A stretch of DNA of 64,000 nucleotides from an uncultured Verrucomicrobiota bacterium (GCA_964526745.1 CAZGMQ010000009.1:929-64928); one strand, 5' to 3'; shown: positions 1-10,498, counted from the stretch's first letter. Numbers and translations are program-made. Notes: a model not told the origin generated them from the letters alone.

Positions 1-3000
1 ATATTGGGTCAATGCATTGGTGTTGACCTGAACATTGAAGTTGACGAAGGGCTCAATGATGTCATTGCCATCCGTATGGAAGATCCACGAGGTGGCATTG
101 GTGCTCATATTGGTGATGTAGATGCTGGAGCGGATGGTATAAGTGAAGACGAATGGCATGGCCTGGGCCTCGCTCAGGGTTTCAAACAGCTCAAAATCAT
201 TTGTTGTGTCCAGACCGATATAGGCTGTGGAAATGCCAGTTTCATTCGGGTTGGCCTGAATGACATATTCAATTGTGGTGCCGCGTGTGAAGGCCCGGAT
301 GGGGATAGTGGCGGCCACATAGGCATCGTTGTTTGAATCGATTGATCCCTGCCGGATGCTCATGGGTAGAGAGCTCCAGGAGGGATATCCGGATTGGCGA
401 TAGTAGAGGGTGCCGTTGGGGAAGTCATAGTTGGTGGTAGAATAGCCATAGTGGATCCCGAGAGAATCATGGTTCTGGGCTCCGAGAGGGTCCAGCATGG
501 TAAAGGGAGGGACGACATTGGTATTCAACGGGGTGATCAGGAGCGAAGGGATATGCCACACCATGGCCAGTTCAATGGAGCCTGTCGGAATCAGCGTCTG
601 ACCATAATTAATTTCGCCGATGGAGAAACCCTCCAGGCTCCAGCTTGTGAATTGCTCATAGATGGAGCCCTCAACGCCGAGGTTGACTGAGTTGGTGTCG
701 TAACTTAACTGCTTTGTGGGAATGCTTTCAGATCCAGAGGCAGAGCCGGCATAGGAAATGGAATAGACCAAATTGCCATATTCGTTCAGCAGGCGGATCA
801 CGCCGCGGTTGTCGGCAACATGGTTGAAGCCCCAATTTTCTGCAATCGGTGGGACGAGAACGGTCAGAACCTCATCAATGGGTTCGCCTGCATCCAGAAG
901 CTGCTGGTCTCCCAGAACATAGAAACTGAATCCGTTGGTCTGGTTGGTGAAGGTGTGGCTGGAGATGGGGTAGGTCGCATACACCGGCTGATTGGAATTG
1001 GCAGCGATGTCGGCATCGGCACCAAAGGCGAGTTCAATGCTCCATCCGGAGATGTCGGAACCCGCGACTCCGCATAACTCGATAAATTCATGGTCTTCTT
1101 CGAAGAATTCCACATTGTAGGCGAGATAGGCAATTTCATTGATCCATACATCCCCCTGCTGGACGCTGGAGATCTGGTAGGAGTTGGTTAAGGAGGGGGT
1201 CAGGTTGGTGGAGAATCCGGTGGAGGCCGGAGCCGCGCCGATGCCGGTATACTGGACCGTGACATAGTATTGGACCGTGACACTTGGAGGCAGGGCCGGA
1301 ATGGAAGAAATGGAGGCGTAGGATCCATAGGCCACCGGAGTCATGGCCACCGGAGTAAACGACAGACTCGATGCAATTTTGTAGTGCCCAGTGACGCTGA
1401 GGATGGAGGCCCCGTATCGGGTCACGATATCAGCGGTGATCTGGACCGTATCATTCGTGGAGGGTGTTGCCGGATCTGTGTTGGGAGATATAGAGACTTC
1501 AGGCCGGGGTTGTGGACTTCCGATCTGGATGTCATCAATGGGGACCGCGGCGCCGCCGGCACTGTGAACAAACCGGACAAAGTGGTTGGTGGTGTCTTCG
1601 CGGTAGAGCTGGAACTGAACAGAATCGGAGGAGGTGGCGGTGAAGGTATCAATTGTGTTCCAGCTGACACCCTTAGCGGATACTTGGACTTGCAGTGAAA
1701 TATTGGCACTCGAACTGTTTGTCAGTCTCATGCGAAAAGAGATAGAGCCGATACCATCGGGGAGATAAGGGCTCCCGATCCAGGCAGAGCCATCGGTGGT
1801 TTGGTTCAGAAGTGCGGCCATTCCGGAATAGGCGTACGGGGCATCTACTATGCAATTGCTGAGGCCCCAACCTTGATGAGAAGCAGTGCCGCTGCTGTAG
1901 TAGCGCTTTAAGGGCCATCCGTCGAAGTCCTGATCCCGATAAAGGGCCGGGACCCGGACTTCAATGCTGTCCAGCAGGGTATCGCCGGACTCCTTTGCAG
2001 GATCAAAAATAATACGGGCTTGAGAGGGGTTGTTCGTGAGATAAAGCCAGGTCGTATAGGTCGTGGCGTTACCGGCGGTGAAGGACCCCTGTGTGAACCA
2101 GTTCGTTCCGCCATCGATACTCGTTTGCAGCAACAGATAGGCGGGATCCTCTGGATCATATGATTTTGTCCAGAAAATCAATTCGCCCACCCCTAGTGCG
2201 TAAGCAGGGGAAAGCACTGATCCGTCGGGGGGGGTGATGAGGGCGGCTTGGGTTCCGTAGAGGCCGCTGGTAGGGGCAATTTTGCCTTGGAGAGACCAGC
2301 TATAACGCGAATAGTTTCCGAGGGTTTGGTAGGCGGGATCGGTCCAGCCGGAGAAATCTTCCAGTCGCTTCACATCCGAGAGTTCAGTGACGGTGATTTC
2401 ATCGATGCGGAAGCGGTTGGTTCCGGCGTCCGTCTGACGAAAGCGTACCCACATATGGTCACTCCGATTCACCGCAACAACATAATAGGTAAAGTCGCTG
2501 GTGGAATCTGTCAAGGTGACGACATTGCTCCACGGACCGGAATCCGAAATGGCGGTTTCCATTACCAGGGTCACAGCGGGGGTCATGGACTCAGTCCGGT
2601 ACCAGAAGCTGACATCGCCAATACCGCCGGAAAGTTCCCCGCTCATCAGCGTGGCACCGGTATCCATGATGAGGCTGTAGCCGCCAGGGTTATACACCTC
2701 ATAATGAATTTCATGGGACCCCAGATCCGTGAATGTGTCCTGATTGGAAATCTCCCATTCGTCCAGTAATGGAAATTCTTCAGTGGCAGAAGTGACGGTA
2801 CCGGTTTCGATGGTGGACTTGCGTGTGAGGGTGTGGTCCGTAGTGTTGCGGCTCCAGAGGGACCCGGTGGCTTTGGAGCTCACTTGTCCGACACGATCTT
2901 TGATCGTGCCATCTTGGCGTAGAACGATGACATCGTCGCCGTTAAACGTAAGATTTTTATTTGTAAAGAGGTTGTCCAGATCGCTGATGGCGGCATCTGG

Positions 3001-4905
3001 AGCATAGTTGGTGGGCGTGTCCTGGCGTCCAATTACAAGGCAGTCCCGGGATGCAATCGTTCCAGAAAGGGCGATGTCTACAGAAGCGGTGAGAGAGCTG
3101 TTGTTATATTGCTGGAGCACGTAGTTTTGTGCAGACAAGTCGAGATTGGAAAGGGTGCCGTTGAAGATTTCAATAGCCTTATTGTTTCCGGTGCCTTCGA
3201 TATATTGGGAGATGAATACACCGGCAGGGGGAAGGGGGGGGGGAGCGTTTGAAACGGTCTTTCCACTGGTGATGGACCAGTCCGGAGCAAACGTGGCAAA
3301 GTCGGTCAATTCCCCCCAGGTGTCAAAGTTCTGGGAGCGACTCGCGACTGAGCGCATCTCTGCGTCGTCCACCTGCATCGAACCGGTTGTTCCTGCGCCG
3401 GAGCACAGGAAGAGGACATGGGCTTGGGTTGCCTCTTCGGGGGCAATTCCTTCGGCGGCATATTGCACCCAGGCAGCGGAAAGGGATGGGATGTTCTCGA
3501 TGACGGTGCCGCCCAGCGGTCCATTCGTGGCATTCAGCCATTCGATTTTGATCTGCATGACGGAAGCCGTCCAGTCCGGCGTGGCTTTAAACCAGGCGGC
3601 AGCGCGATAGTTGAGGCCGGGTGTCACCGGCACATCCTGCGCAAAAGAACCATAGTCAGTGCGTTCTGGATACCACTGTCCCTCAATACTTCCGCACCAG
3701 TTGCCGGAATGCGGGAGATAGGTGTCGGCCACACTCTTGGGCCAGGCCTGCCAGGTGCCCCAGTCCACGGCATCGCCGCCATCGGGCAGTGTGGTTTCTT
3801 CAAAGCCGGGATTCGACAACAGGTTGATGCCTGAGGCTTCCGTATAGAGTTCCCGGAAGCTGAAGGCCCCGGTTTGATGATCGAATTGGATTCGATACCG
3901 TCCCGGCACCACGCCGGTCATTTCCACATAGGTCGTCAAACCAGTTTCCATTGTTCCCGAGACCGGCAAGGCAATGGACGTCCCGTTGGTGGCACCCCAG
4001 ATCCGGAGGGCATCGTTGGCGGCAAAGCGCAGGGTCACGGTGCCGCTGTTAGTCACGTAATGCTCCGACTGCCACAGGGTTTCCCCAATCTGCATCATGT
4101 TGGTCGGCGGGGTTTCGGTGGCCACAAAACTGCCCTGGGCGGTCATGGTGCTGATGGTGAATTCCTGCGTGGCGGTCTGGGTGATGCTGAAGGTAGCATT
4201 GCTGGTGTCCAGCTGGAACAGGAAGGTTCCGGGATTCGTAGAGATGTCGGCCAGAGTGAAATCGGACAGTCCGCAAGCATTGGCGTCGGTGACCGGGAGG
4301 CTGCTGTAAGTGGTCGGGGTGGAAGCACCCCATTGTGCATTCTCATCCTCATTAGGGCGAAATTGAAATGTGGTACCCGTTTGCAGATCAACAGATCCAC
4401 TCCATAGATTGGTGTTGTCGATGCTGTTGGTTAGAATGCTGTTTCCAGAGGGGGTTCCGCTGTTGAAGCCGCCTACCAGCGCCATGTTCGTGATGGACGG
4501 CAGCGGAAGCGGCGAAGCACCCGCCCAATCCATTTGGAATTCAAGCGTCTCATCATTGAAGGTGAACTGATAGAGGCCGGGCGTTAGACCGGAAAAGTTG
4601 AGATTAGCAAGTGTTTGAGGAGTAGTGGGTCCGCTGCCTGGCACGCGGGCGACCGTTACGCTGCCTCCCCAGCTGATTTCCCAGGTTCCGTTGGCGGCAA
4701 ATTTGAATTCGCCGCCGGCCGATGTGATTTCCTGAGTGCACTGCCAGGTGTTGTCTGCAATGAGGGTCATGTTGGGGGTCGTGTCCCATGAATTAGTGAA
4801 CGCCCCGCCCGCCACCGCCATAGAGGAATAGGGAGACGACTGGGCGTGGGCGTTTAACGCGCATCCCAGCAAGACCCATCCAATGATTCCAGCTCTACTC
4901 CTCAT
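1..4905 (-). CDS. Giant secreted surface protein, partial; at least 1635 aa within the window and open through position 1. Signal peptide, at least two lamin-tail-domain (LTD)-like segments and CBM4/9-like modules.
   Basis: Manual minus-strand translation from the ATG at 4905 (MRSRAGIIGWVLLGCALNAHAQ...) is open to position 1 in the frame with end mod 3 = 0. LTD-like motifs: ISQYIEGTGNNKAIEIFNGT...LSGTI and VWINEIAY...EFIELCG..DISGWSIEL. A CBM-like NLLSNPGFEE motif is present. The supplied ORF track has no minus ORF in this frame; it appears to drop ORFs that run off the window edge. Confidence 0.75.
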   Translation of the reverse strand, partial: MRSRAGIIGWVLLGCALNAHAQSSPYSSMAVAGGAFTNSWDTTPNMTLIADNTWQCTQEITSAGGEFKFAANGTWEISWGGSVTVARVPGSGPTTPQTLANLNFSGLTPGLYQFTFNDETLEFQMDWAGASPLPLPSITNMALVGGFNSGTPSGNSILTNSIDNTNLWSGSVDLQTGTTFQFRPNEDENAQWGASTPTTYSSLPVTDANACGLSDFTLADISTNPGTFLFQLDTSNATFSITQTATQEFTISTMTAQGSFVATETPPTNMMQIGETLWQSEHYVTNSGTVTLRFAANDALRIWGATNGTSIALPVSGTMETGLTTYVEMTGVVPGRYRIQFDHQTGAFSFRELYTEASGINLLSNPGFEETTLPDGGDAVDWGTWQAWPKSVADTYLPHSGNWCGSIEGQWYPERTDYGSFAQDVPVTPGLNYRAAAWFKATPDWTASVMQIKIEWLNATNGPLGGTVIENIPSLSAAWVQYAAEGIAPEEATQAHVLFLCSGAGTTGSMQVDDAEMRSVASRSQNFDTWGELTDFATFAPDWSITSGKTVSNAPPPLPPAGVFISQYIEGTGNNKAIEIFNGTLSNLDLSAQNYVLQQYNNSSLTASVDIALSGTIASRDCLVIGRQDTPTNYAPDAAISDLDNLFTNKNLTFNGDDVIVLRQDGTIKDRVGQVSSKATGSLWSRNTTDHTLTRKSTIETGTVTSATEEFPLLDEWEISNQDTFTDLGSHEIHYEVYNPGGYSLIMDTGATLMSGELSGGIGDVSFWYRTESMTPAVTLVMETAISDSGPWSNVVTLTDSTSDFTYYVVAVNRSDHMWVRFRQTDAGTNRFRIDEITVTELSDVKRLEDFSGWTDPAYQTLGNYSRYSWSLQGKIAPTSGLYGTQAALITPPDGSVLSPAYALGVGELIFWTKSYDPEDPAYLLLQTSIDGGTNWFTQGSFTAGNATTYTTWLYLTNNPSQARIIFDPAKESGDTLLDSIEVRVPALYRDQDFDGWPLKRYYSSGTASHQGWGLSNCIVDAPYAYSGMAALLNQTTDGSAWIGSPYLPDGIGSISFRMRLTNSSSANISLQVQVSAKGVSWNTIDTFTATSSDSVQFQLYREDTTNHFVRFVHSAGGAAVPIDDIQIGSPQPRPEVSISPNTDPATPSTNDTVQITADIVTRYGASILSVTGHYKIASSLSFTPVAMTPVAYGSYASISSIPALPPSVTVQYYVTVQYTGIGAAPASTGFSTNLTPSLTNSYQISSVQQGDVWINEIAYLAYNVEFFEEDHEFIELCGVAGSDISGWSIELAFGADADIAANSNQPVYATYPISSHTFTNQTNGFSFYVLGDQQLLDAGEPIDEVLTVLVPPIAENWGFNHVADNRGVIRLLNEYGNLVYSISYAGSASGSESIPTKQLSYDTNSVNLGVEGSIYEQFTSWSLEGFSIGEINYGQTLIPTGSIELAMVWHIPSLLITPLNTNVVPPFTMLDPLGAQNHDSLGIHYGYSTTNYDFPNGTLYYRQSGYPSWSSLPMSIRQGSIDSNNDAYVAATIPIRAFTRGTTIEYVIQANPNETGISTAYIGLDTTNDFELFETLSEAQAMPFVFTYTIRSSIYITNMSTNATSWIFHTDGNDIIEPFVNFNVQVNTNALTQY

Positions 4906-5399
4906 GGCCACCTCTATTGTTAGGGAGAAGTTTCGTTTCTTCCCATCTCAACCATACTTCTTTTGAATAGCGCTGGCAAGGGGTTGCAGGCTCTCAGTGG
5001 CCTCTTTTTCACCCTGAATCGGCGAAAGGAAAGGGAAAGTCCTTAACTATTAATATTTATACTTATCCATATTTACTGCAATGAATTATATGAATTTTAA
5101 TCCAAATGGCCTGAAATCATTAAAATCCGCATTTTAGTGCTGCAATGGCTTAAAATAGATCAAAAGAGGCCTGGAAAGCGTCGAAAATGCCAAAAATCAG
5201 ATCAAAACGCCTCTTTTTTGTTTTTTTGGCACTTTTGAGGGGGCTGACGCAGCAAAGGGCGCTCCAGGGGCGTTTTGGCAGGCGGAACTGCCTGCACCTC
5301 TTGTGGAAGTGAACGTTTCTTTATTCAACAATTCGACTGGTTTAGAGGAGGCAGGAAGTGTAGATTCATGGTGATGAATACCGCATTGGGAGCTACGTC

Positions 5400-6791
5400 A
5401 TGAAGAAATTGTTACTACTAAGTCTGATTTTCCTTTTTTGCGTAGGCACAATTGCTTTTGCACAGGCCACGCTGCCAACCAGTCATTCCGGACCGTGGAA
5501 GGTGGGGCCGTTACCGTCGGGATGGACCCAGAACGGCTTGGGGAATGATTATAGCTCGGACTATGACAAGAGTGGGGAGAATGCGGCAAAATTCGACGGG
5601 TCGGGCGATACCCTTCAAATCAATTTTAGCGGTGCGGCAAGCGCAGTGTCCTATTGGACTAAGGGGAATAGCTTATCGGGGGCTTATACCTATAAAATCC
5701 AGGAGTCGGTTGATGGTTCAACTTGGACGGATGTGGTCACCTATAATAGTGGGAACCCTATATCAGGAACGGCAACCCAGTACGAACAGGACTTGCTGTC
5801 ATCCTCTCGCTACCTCAAGTTTCTTTATGTGAACAAGGACAACGGTAACGTGGGCCTTGATGGGGTTACGATTGCAGGATCTGGAGTTTCGTTTATTCCA
5901 TCTGGCGCCCAAAGCATTCCGGTGAGTTATACGCTGTCGCTGGGGATTTCGATTACACCGGCAGGTAGCACGATGCAGAGCTGGACTTTCCTGCCTTCGA
6001 ACTATGCCGGGACGGTAAGCATGTCTGCTGATACCTTCAACTTCACGCCCGCCGAAGCCGATGATGGAAACGTTTATACGCTACAGGTCATTTCGATGAA
6101 CCCGGTCAGCACGGGATCGGTGGACGTTACGGTGACCTCCTATGTGCTGCCTGATCCATATATATGTACCTTTGAAGATGGTAGTAAATCAGGTTATGCC
6201 GCTGATATTGTGGAGTTAAACGACAAGTGGTGGAATCTGGACGGGATTTTGATTGGGACGACTGAAGATGACAAAAAAATTGGAAACAAGTCGGCTCGCT
6301 TAAAATACACGCCGGAGGATGGGGTAGACGCGATGACAGTCCAGTCGAAGGTCCTTGCTAACGGTATTGGAAATATTTCGATGTGGTATGGCCCCTATGG
6401 CGAGCACGGAAGCAATGCCCCCACCCTTGCCATCGAAATCAGCGAGAATTTGGTATCCGGCTGGATTGAAGTGGGTCAAGTGGACGCAGGGGCAGTGACG
6501 AATCTGACCGAATATTCGACGGATGTTGATGTGAATGTACCCGTTTATGTTCGAATTCGCGGAGTCGGTGGTACGGAGGATAATAGTGCCAACTTTGATA
6601 ATATCACCATCACCCCTTATCAGGCAGCAACGGGTTATGAGGCCTTCCTTCTGGAGTACAATGTGACGCCGGGGGATCCGGGAACGGCGACGGGCGATGA
6701 TCTGGATGACGACGGGTGGACGAACCAGCAGGAGTTCGATGATTATCCTACCAATTCCTACAATCCGTACGACAAAGCGATTCATCCGTAA
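5400..6791 (+). CDS. Secreted hypothetical protein with a signal peptide and an acidic Ca-binding-like C-terminus (DDLDDDGW...); low-GC gene.
   Basis: ORF track. N-terminus MKKLLLLSLIFLFCVGTIAFAQA. A GGGAG Shine-Dalgarno lies upstream. Coding GC is visibly lower than its neighbours. AT-rich repeat regions flank it on both sides. Confidence 0.6.
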   Translation: MKKLLLLSLIFLFCVGTIAFAQATLPTSHSGPWKVGPLPSGWTQNGLGNDYSSDYDKSGENAAKFDGSGDTLQINFSGAASAVSYWTKGNSLSGAYTYKIQESVDGSTWTDVVTYNSGNPISGTATQYEQDLLSSSRYLKFLYVNKDNGNVGLDGVTIAGSGVSFIPSGAQSIPVSYTLSLGISITPAGSTMQSWTFLPSNYAGTVSMSADTFNFTPAEADDGNVYTLQVISMNPVSTGSVDVTVTSYVLPDPYICTFEDGSKSGYAADIVELNDKWWNLDGILIGTTEDDKKIGNKSARLKYTPEDGVDAMTVQSKVLANGIGNISMWYGPYGEHGSNAPTLAIEISENLVSGWIEVGQVDAGAVTNLTEYSTDVDVNVPVYVRIRGVGGTEDNSANFDNITITPYQAATGYEAFLLEYNVTPGDPGTATGDDLDDDGWTNQQEFDDYPTNSYNPYDKAIHP

Positions 6792-7213
6792 TCGCCCCAA
6801 AATTTCCAAAAAATAGCCAAAAATAGGCAAAATGTGCCTTAAAATGGCCAAAAATAGCTGAAAATAGCCAAAATTGGCCCCCAAGCGCCTGAAAAGCATC
6901 CAATAGGATGGATTTTCACCACAGAGCGCAGAGAACACAAAAACAGAGATTAGCTCAACGGATTCATATGAGTGGGCCGCCAGTGCTTTTCTATGTGATT
7001 TTTGTGATTTTTGTGCCAATTTAAGGAATTGGGAGGCCAAAATGGTCATTTTGACGCCAAAAACAGCTAAATTTGAGGATTTCGGCCTGTTTTAGCTCAT
7101 GCAGCGAGAGTATGGACTGAAGTTTCGGAAGATGTGGCGGCGCAATAAGTCTGGTTTAGCTTAAACCCGGTCTACCGGTTGATTTTCCGTTAAACTTTGG
7201 TATCCTAAACAGG

Positions 7214-8491
7214 ATGTCAGCCGTAAACCCTCATTCGGAACCCACCGTTTCGCTGAAACCACAGCCTCCGGGCCAGGCCCACCGCTTCCATGCGATGATC
7301 AAGCCAATCGGGTCGGTCTGCAATCTGGACTGCACCTATTGCTATTATCTGCATAAAGAGGGGCTGTTGCATCAGCCCAAAGCTCCCCGCATGTCTGATG
7401 AGATGGTGGAGCGCCATATCCGGCAGTATATCGAGGCGCAGACTGGATCCGAGGTGGTCTTTTCCTGGCAGGGTGGGGAACCGACGCTGCTGGGCATCCC
7501 GTTTTTTGAGCGGGTGGTGGAGCTGCAGGCGAAATACAAGAAGCCGCACCAGCTGATTGAGAATGACCTGCAGACGAACGGGACCCTCCTGAATGAGGAC
7601 TGGGCCAAATTCCTCAAAAAGAACCATTTCCTCGTTGGGCTCAGCTGCGATGGTCCCAAGCGCTTGCATGACAAATATCGCGTGACCAAGGGCGGGGAAC
7701 CGACGCACAGCAAAGTGGTCGCGGCGGCACGGCTGCTGCAGAAGCACGGGATCCCGTATAATGCCCTCTGTGTGGTGAATCGCGACAACGCGACCCTTCC
7801 GCTGGATGTGTATCGTTTCCTGACCCGGGAGCTGGGGGCAAAACGCGTCCAGTTTATTGCCTGCGTGGAGCCGAAGGTTTTCGGCGATACGGCCCCGCAG
7901 CACTGGGATCCGGAATCCCTGCCCGTGGTTGGCACCCCGCAGGCCAAACCGGGCGCGCCGGATTCTATCGTGACCGATTGGTCCGTGGACCCGGATGACT
8001 GGGGCGCCTTCCTCTGCAAAATCTGGGATGAGTGGTACAAGCGCGACTACGGCAAAGTGCATATCGATCTGTTCGAGACCGCGGTCGCACAGTCGATGGG
8101 AATGCCGTCGCAGCGCTGCGTCACGGCGGAGTTCTGTGGCAAGGGCATGGTGGTGGAGCACAACGGCGATGTGTTCAGCTGTGATCATTATGTCTATCCC
8201 GAGTATCGTGTCGGCAATCTGACGGAAACCCATTGGGGCGACATGGCCTATTCCGAGGCGCAGAAGCATTTTGGCTTTGCCAAACGGAATTCCCTCCCTA
8301 TGACCTGCCAAGAGTGCTCATTCTTGAAGCTGTGCTGGGGTGAGTGTCCGAAGAACCGGTTAGTCCGCACCCCGGCGGGAGAGGTGGGGCTGAATTATCT
8401 CTGTGCCGGCATGAAAACATTTTATGCGCATATTCAACAGGACATGCCGGCGATTTTGAAAGATGTGGAGGGGCAGCGCCCCCGGATGTAG
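7214..8491 (+). CDS. Anaerobic sulfatase-maturating enzyme (radical SAM, SPASM).
   Basis: CNLDCTYCYY radical-SAM cysteine motif, C-terminal Cys-rich SPASM-like region, and an arylsulfatase immediately downstream. Confidence 0.8.
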   Translation: MSAVNPHSEPTVSLKPQPPGQAHRFHAMIKPIGSVCNLDCTYCYYLHKEGLLHQPKAPRMSDEMVERHIRQYIEAQTGSEVVFSWQGGEPTLLGIPFFERVVELQAKYKKPHQLIENDLQTNGTLLNEDWAKFLKKNHFLVGLSCDGPKRLHDKYRVTKGGEPTHSKVVAAARLLQKHGIPYNALCVVNRDNATLPLDVYRFLTRELGAKRVQFIACVEPKVFGDTAPQHWDPESLPVVGTPQAKPGAPDSIVTDWSVDPDDWGAFLCKIWDEWYKRDYGKVHIDLFETAVAQSMGMPSQRCVTAEFCGKGMVVEHNGDVFSCDHYVYPEYRVGNLTETHWGDMAYSEAQKHFGFAKRNSLPMTCQECSFLKLCWGECPKNRLVRTPAGEVGLNYLCAGMKTFYAHIQQDMPAILKDVEGQRPRM

Positions 8492-8523
8492 AAAAGAAAA
8501 ATGCAATCCTAAGGAGAAAACAG

Positions 8524-10176
8524 ATGAACGAGACACAAAAATCCCCGCTGCGTCTGATTAAGACGCTCGGTCTGGCCGGTGGTGTGGTCCTCGCGGCCCA
8601 ACTACTCCCGGCCTGGGCACAGGATGCCCCCCCCGCTGAGAATCCCGCCAAGCCCAATATCCTTGTGATCTGGGGCGATGATATCGGCACGTGGAACATC
8701 AGCCACAACAGCCGCGGCATGATGGGCTATCAAACGCCCAATATCGATCGCATTGCAGATGAAGGCGTGTCCTTCACCGACTATTATGCGCAGCAGAGCT
8801 GTACCGCTGGCCGCGCGGCATTTATCAGCGGTTCCGTGCCCGTCCGCAGCGGCATGACCAAGGTGGGTATTCCCGGCGCGATGGAAGGGTGGCAGAAGAC
8901 GGATGTGACCATGGCGACCGTGCTCAAGAGCGAAGGCTATGCCACCGGGCAGTTCGGCAAGAATCATGAAGGCGATCGGAATGAACATCTGCCGACCATT
9001 CACGGGTTCGATGAATTTTTTGGCAACCTCTACCATTTGAATGCCGAGGAGGAGCCGGAGAACGAGGATTATCCCCGGGATTTGGTGCTGAAAAACGGGA
9101 AGACCTTCCTGGAGACCTTTGGCCCGCGCGGCGTCATGAAGTGTCAGGCAACCGATGTGGATGATCCCACAGAGGATGCTCGTTTCGGTCGGGTTGGGAA
9201 GCAGATCATTGAAGATACAGGTCCGCTGACCAAGAAACGCATGGAGACCATCGATGATGAAACCGTGGCCGCGGCCAAGGATTTCATCAAACGCCAGGTA
9301 GAGGCCGGGACCCCGTTCTTCTGCTGGTGGAATGGCACGCGCATGCATTTCCGCACGCATGTGAAGGAGGAGAATCGGGGCATCTCCGGTCAGGATGAAT
9401 ACGGCGACGGCATGGTTGAGCACGACCTGCACGTCGGCGAACTGCTCGACCTTCTCGATGAACTGGGCATCGCTGACAACACCATTGTCCAGTACTCGAC
9501 CGACAACGGCCCGCACTTCAACACCTGGCCCGATGCCGCCACCACGCCCTTCCGCAGCGAAAAGAATTCAAACTGGGAAGGCGCCTATCGCGTGCCGGCT
9601 TTTGTCCGCTGGCCTGGACACTTCCCGGCGGGTGTTACGCTGAACGGGATTGTCGCCCACGAAGATTGGCTGCCGACCTTTGCGGCCGCAGCTGGAAATC
9701 TGGACGTCAAGGAAGAGCTCCTGGAAGGCCTTGAACTGAATGGCCGTTCCTATCGGAATCATATCGATGGTTACAACCAGCTCGATTATCTGACGGGGAA
9801 GGCCGAAGCCTCTCCCCGCCACGAATTCTGGTATGTGAACGATGACGGCCAGATTGTGGCGGCCCGCATTGATGATTGGAAGGTGGTCTTCCTGGAGAAT
9901 CGCGGTCAGGGCTTTGGTGTCTGGCGCGAGCCGTTCACTGAACTGCGCCTTCCGCTGCTGTTCAACCTGCGCCGCGATCCCTTCGAGAAGGCCCAGCACA
10001 ACTCGAACACCTATGACGACTGGTTCCTGGACCGGCCCTTTGTCATTGTCCCGGTTCAGGCTTTGGCCGCCGAATTCCTGAAGTCCATGAAGGACTACCC
10101 GCCGAGTCAGTCCCCGGGATCCTTCAATCTGACCAAGATTGAAGAACAGCTCAAAGAGAGCCTGGGCAGTCACTGA
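8524..10176 (+). CDS. Arylsulfatase (Cys-type sulfatase).
   Basis: Sulfatase signature SCTAGRAAFISG (C-x-x-x-R). N-terminal signal peptide. ATG at 8524 follows an AAGGAGAAAA Shine-Dalgarno. The ORF-track start at 8344 overlaps the maturase gene and is probably too long. Confidence 0.8.
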   Translation: MNETQKSPLRLIKTLGLAGGVVLAAQLLPAWAQDAPPAENPAKPNILVIWGDDIGTWNISHNSRGMMGYQTPNIDRIADEGVSFTDYYAQQSCTAGRAAFISGSVPVRSGMTKVGIPGAMEGWQKTDVTMATVLKSEGYATGQFGKNHEGDRNEHLPTIHGFDEFFGNLYHLNAEEEPENEDYPRDLVLKNGKTFLETFGPRGVMKCQATDVDDPTEDARFGRVGKQIIEDTGPLTKKRMETIDDETVAAAKDFIKRQVEAGTPFFCWWNGTRMHFRTHVKEENRGISGQDEYGDGMVEHDLHVGELLDLLDELGIADNTIVQYSTDNGPHFNTWPDAATTPFRSEKNSNWEGAYRVPAFVRWPGHFPAGVTLNGIVAHEDWLPTFAAAAGNLDVKEELLEGLELNGRSYRNHIDGYNQLDYLTGKAEASPRHEFWYVNDDGQIVAARIDDWKVVFLENRGQGFGVWREPFTELRLPLLFNLRRDPFEKAQHNSNTYDDWFLDRPFVIVPVQALAAEFLKSMKDYPPSQSPGSFNLTKIEEQLKESLGSH

Positions 10177-10200
10177 TCCGGTCTTTATCGTGAAGTGTGC

Positions 10201-10232
10201 GGGCCGCTCGAAAGAGCGGCCCGTGTCAAATT
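10201..10232 (+). terminator. Intrinsic terminator-like hairpin after the sulfatase gene.
   Basis: GGGCCGCTC-GAAA-GAGCGGCCC stem-loop followed by a T-containing tail (GTGTCAAATTTC). Confidence 0.45.
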
Positions 10233-10250
10233 TCAGTCAGGAGAATAATT

Positions 10251-10496
10251 ATGAAAGCAGCAGGATGGATTCGTTGGTTGGGTTGTTTCGTTGTGTTGGC
10301 TGCCCTGGCATGTGCCGCGGGATGCGCCACTCCCGTGAGATCGGCGGCCAAGGTGCCCATTAAAGCGGCGAAGGCCAGTGCGAAAGCCACCGTGGCAGGT
10401 GCCAAGGCAGCGGGTGGAGCCGTGGTCGGGGCGGCAGGCGCCGTGGTGGGCCGTGACGACGATGACAAGGATGAGAAAAAGATTCGAAAAGAGTAG
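10251..10496 (+). CDS. Small Ala/Lys-rich lipoprotein.
   Basis: Internal ATG after a GGAGAATAATT Shine-Dalgarno. Lipobox LAALACAAGC. Confidence 0.5.
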   Translation: MKAAGWIRWLGCFVVLAALACAAGCATPVRSAAKVPIKAAKASAKATVAGAKAAGGAVVGAAGAVVGRDDDDKDEKKIRKE

Positions 10497-10498
10497 GA

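Noticed and set aside
4-4789. Many short ORF-track ORFs on both strands within 1-4.9 kb.
   Set aside because: All lie in alternative frames of, or antisense to, the single giant minus-strand gene. High-GC sequence produces long spurious ORFs.
7217-8311. 364-aa minus-strand ORF.
   Set aside because: Antisense to the clearly recognisable radical-SAM maturase; Arg/His-rich composition typical of out-of-frame high-GC ORFs.
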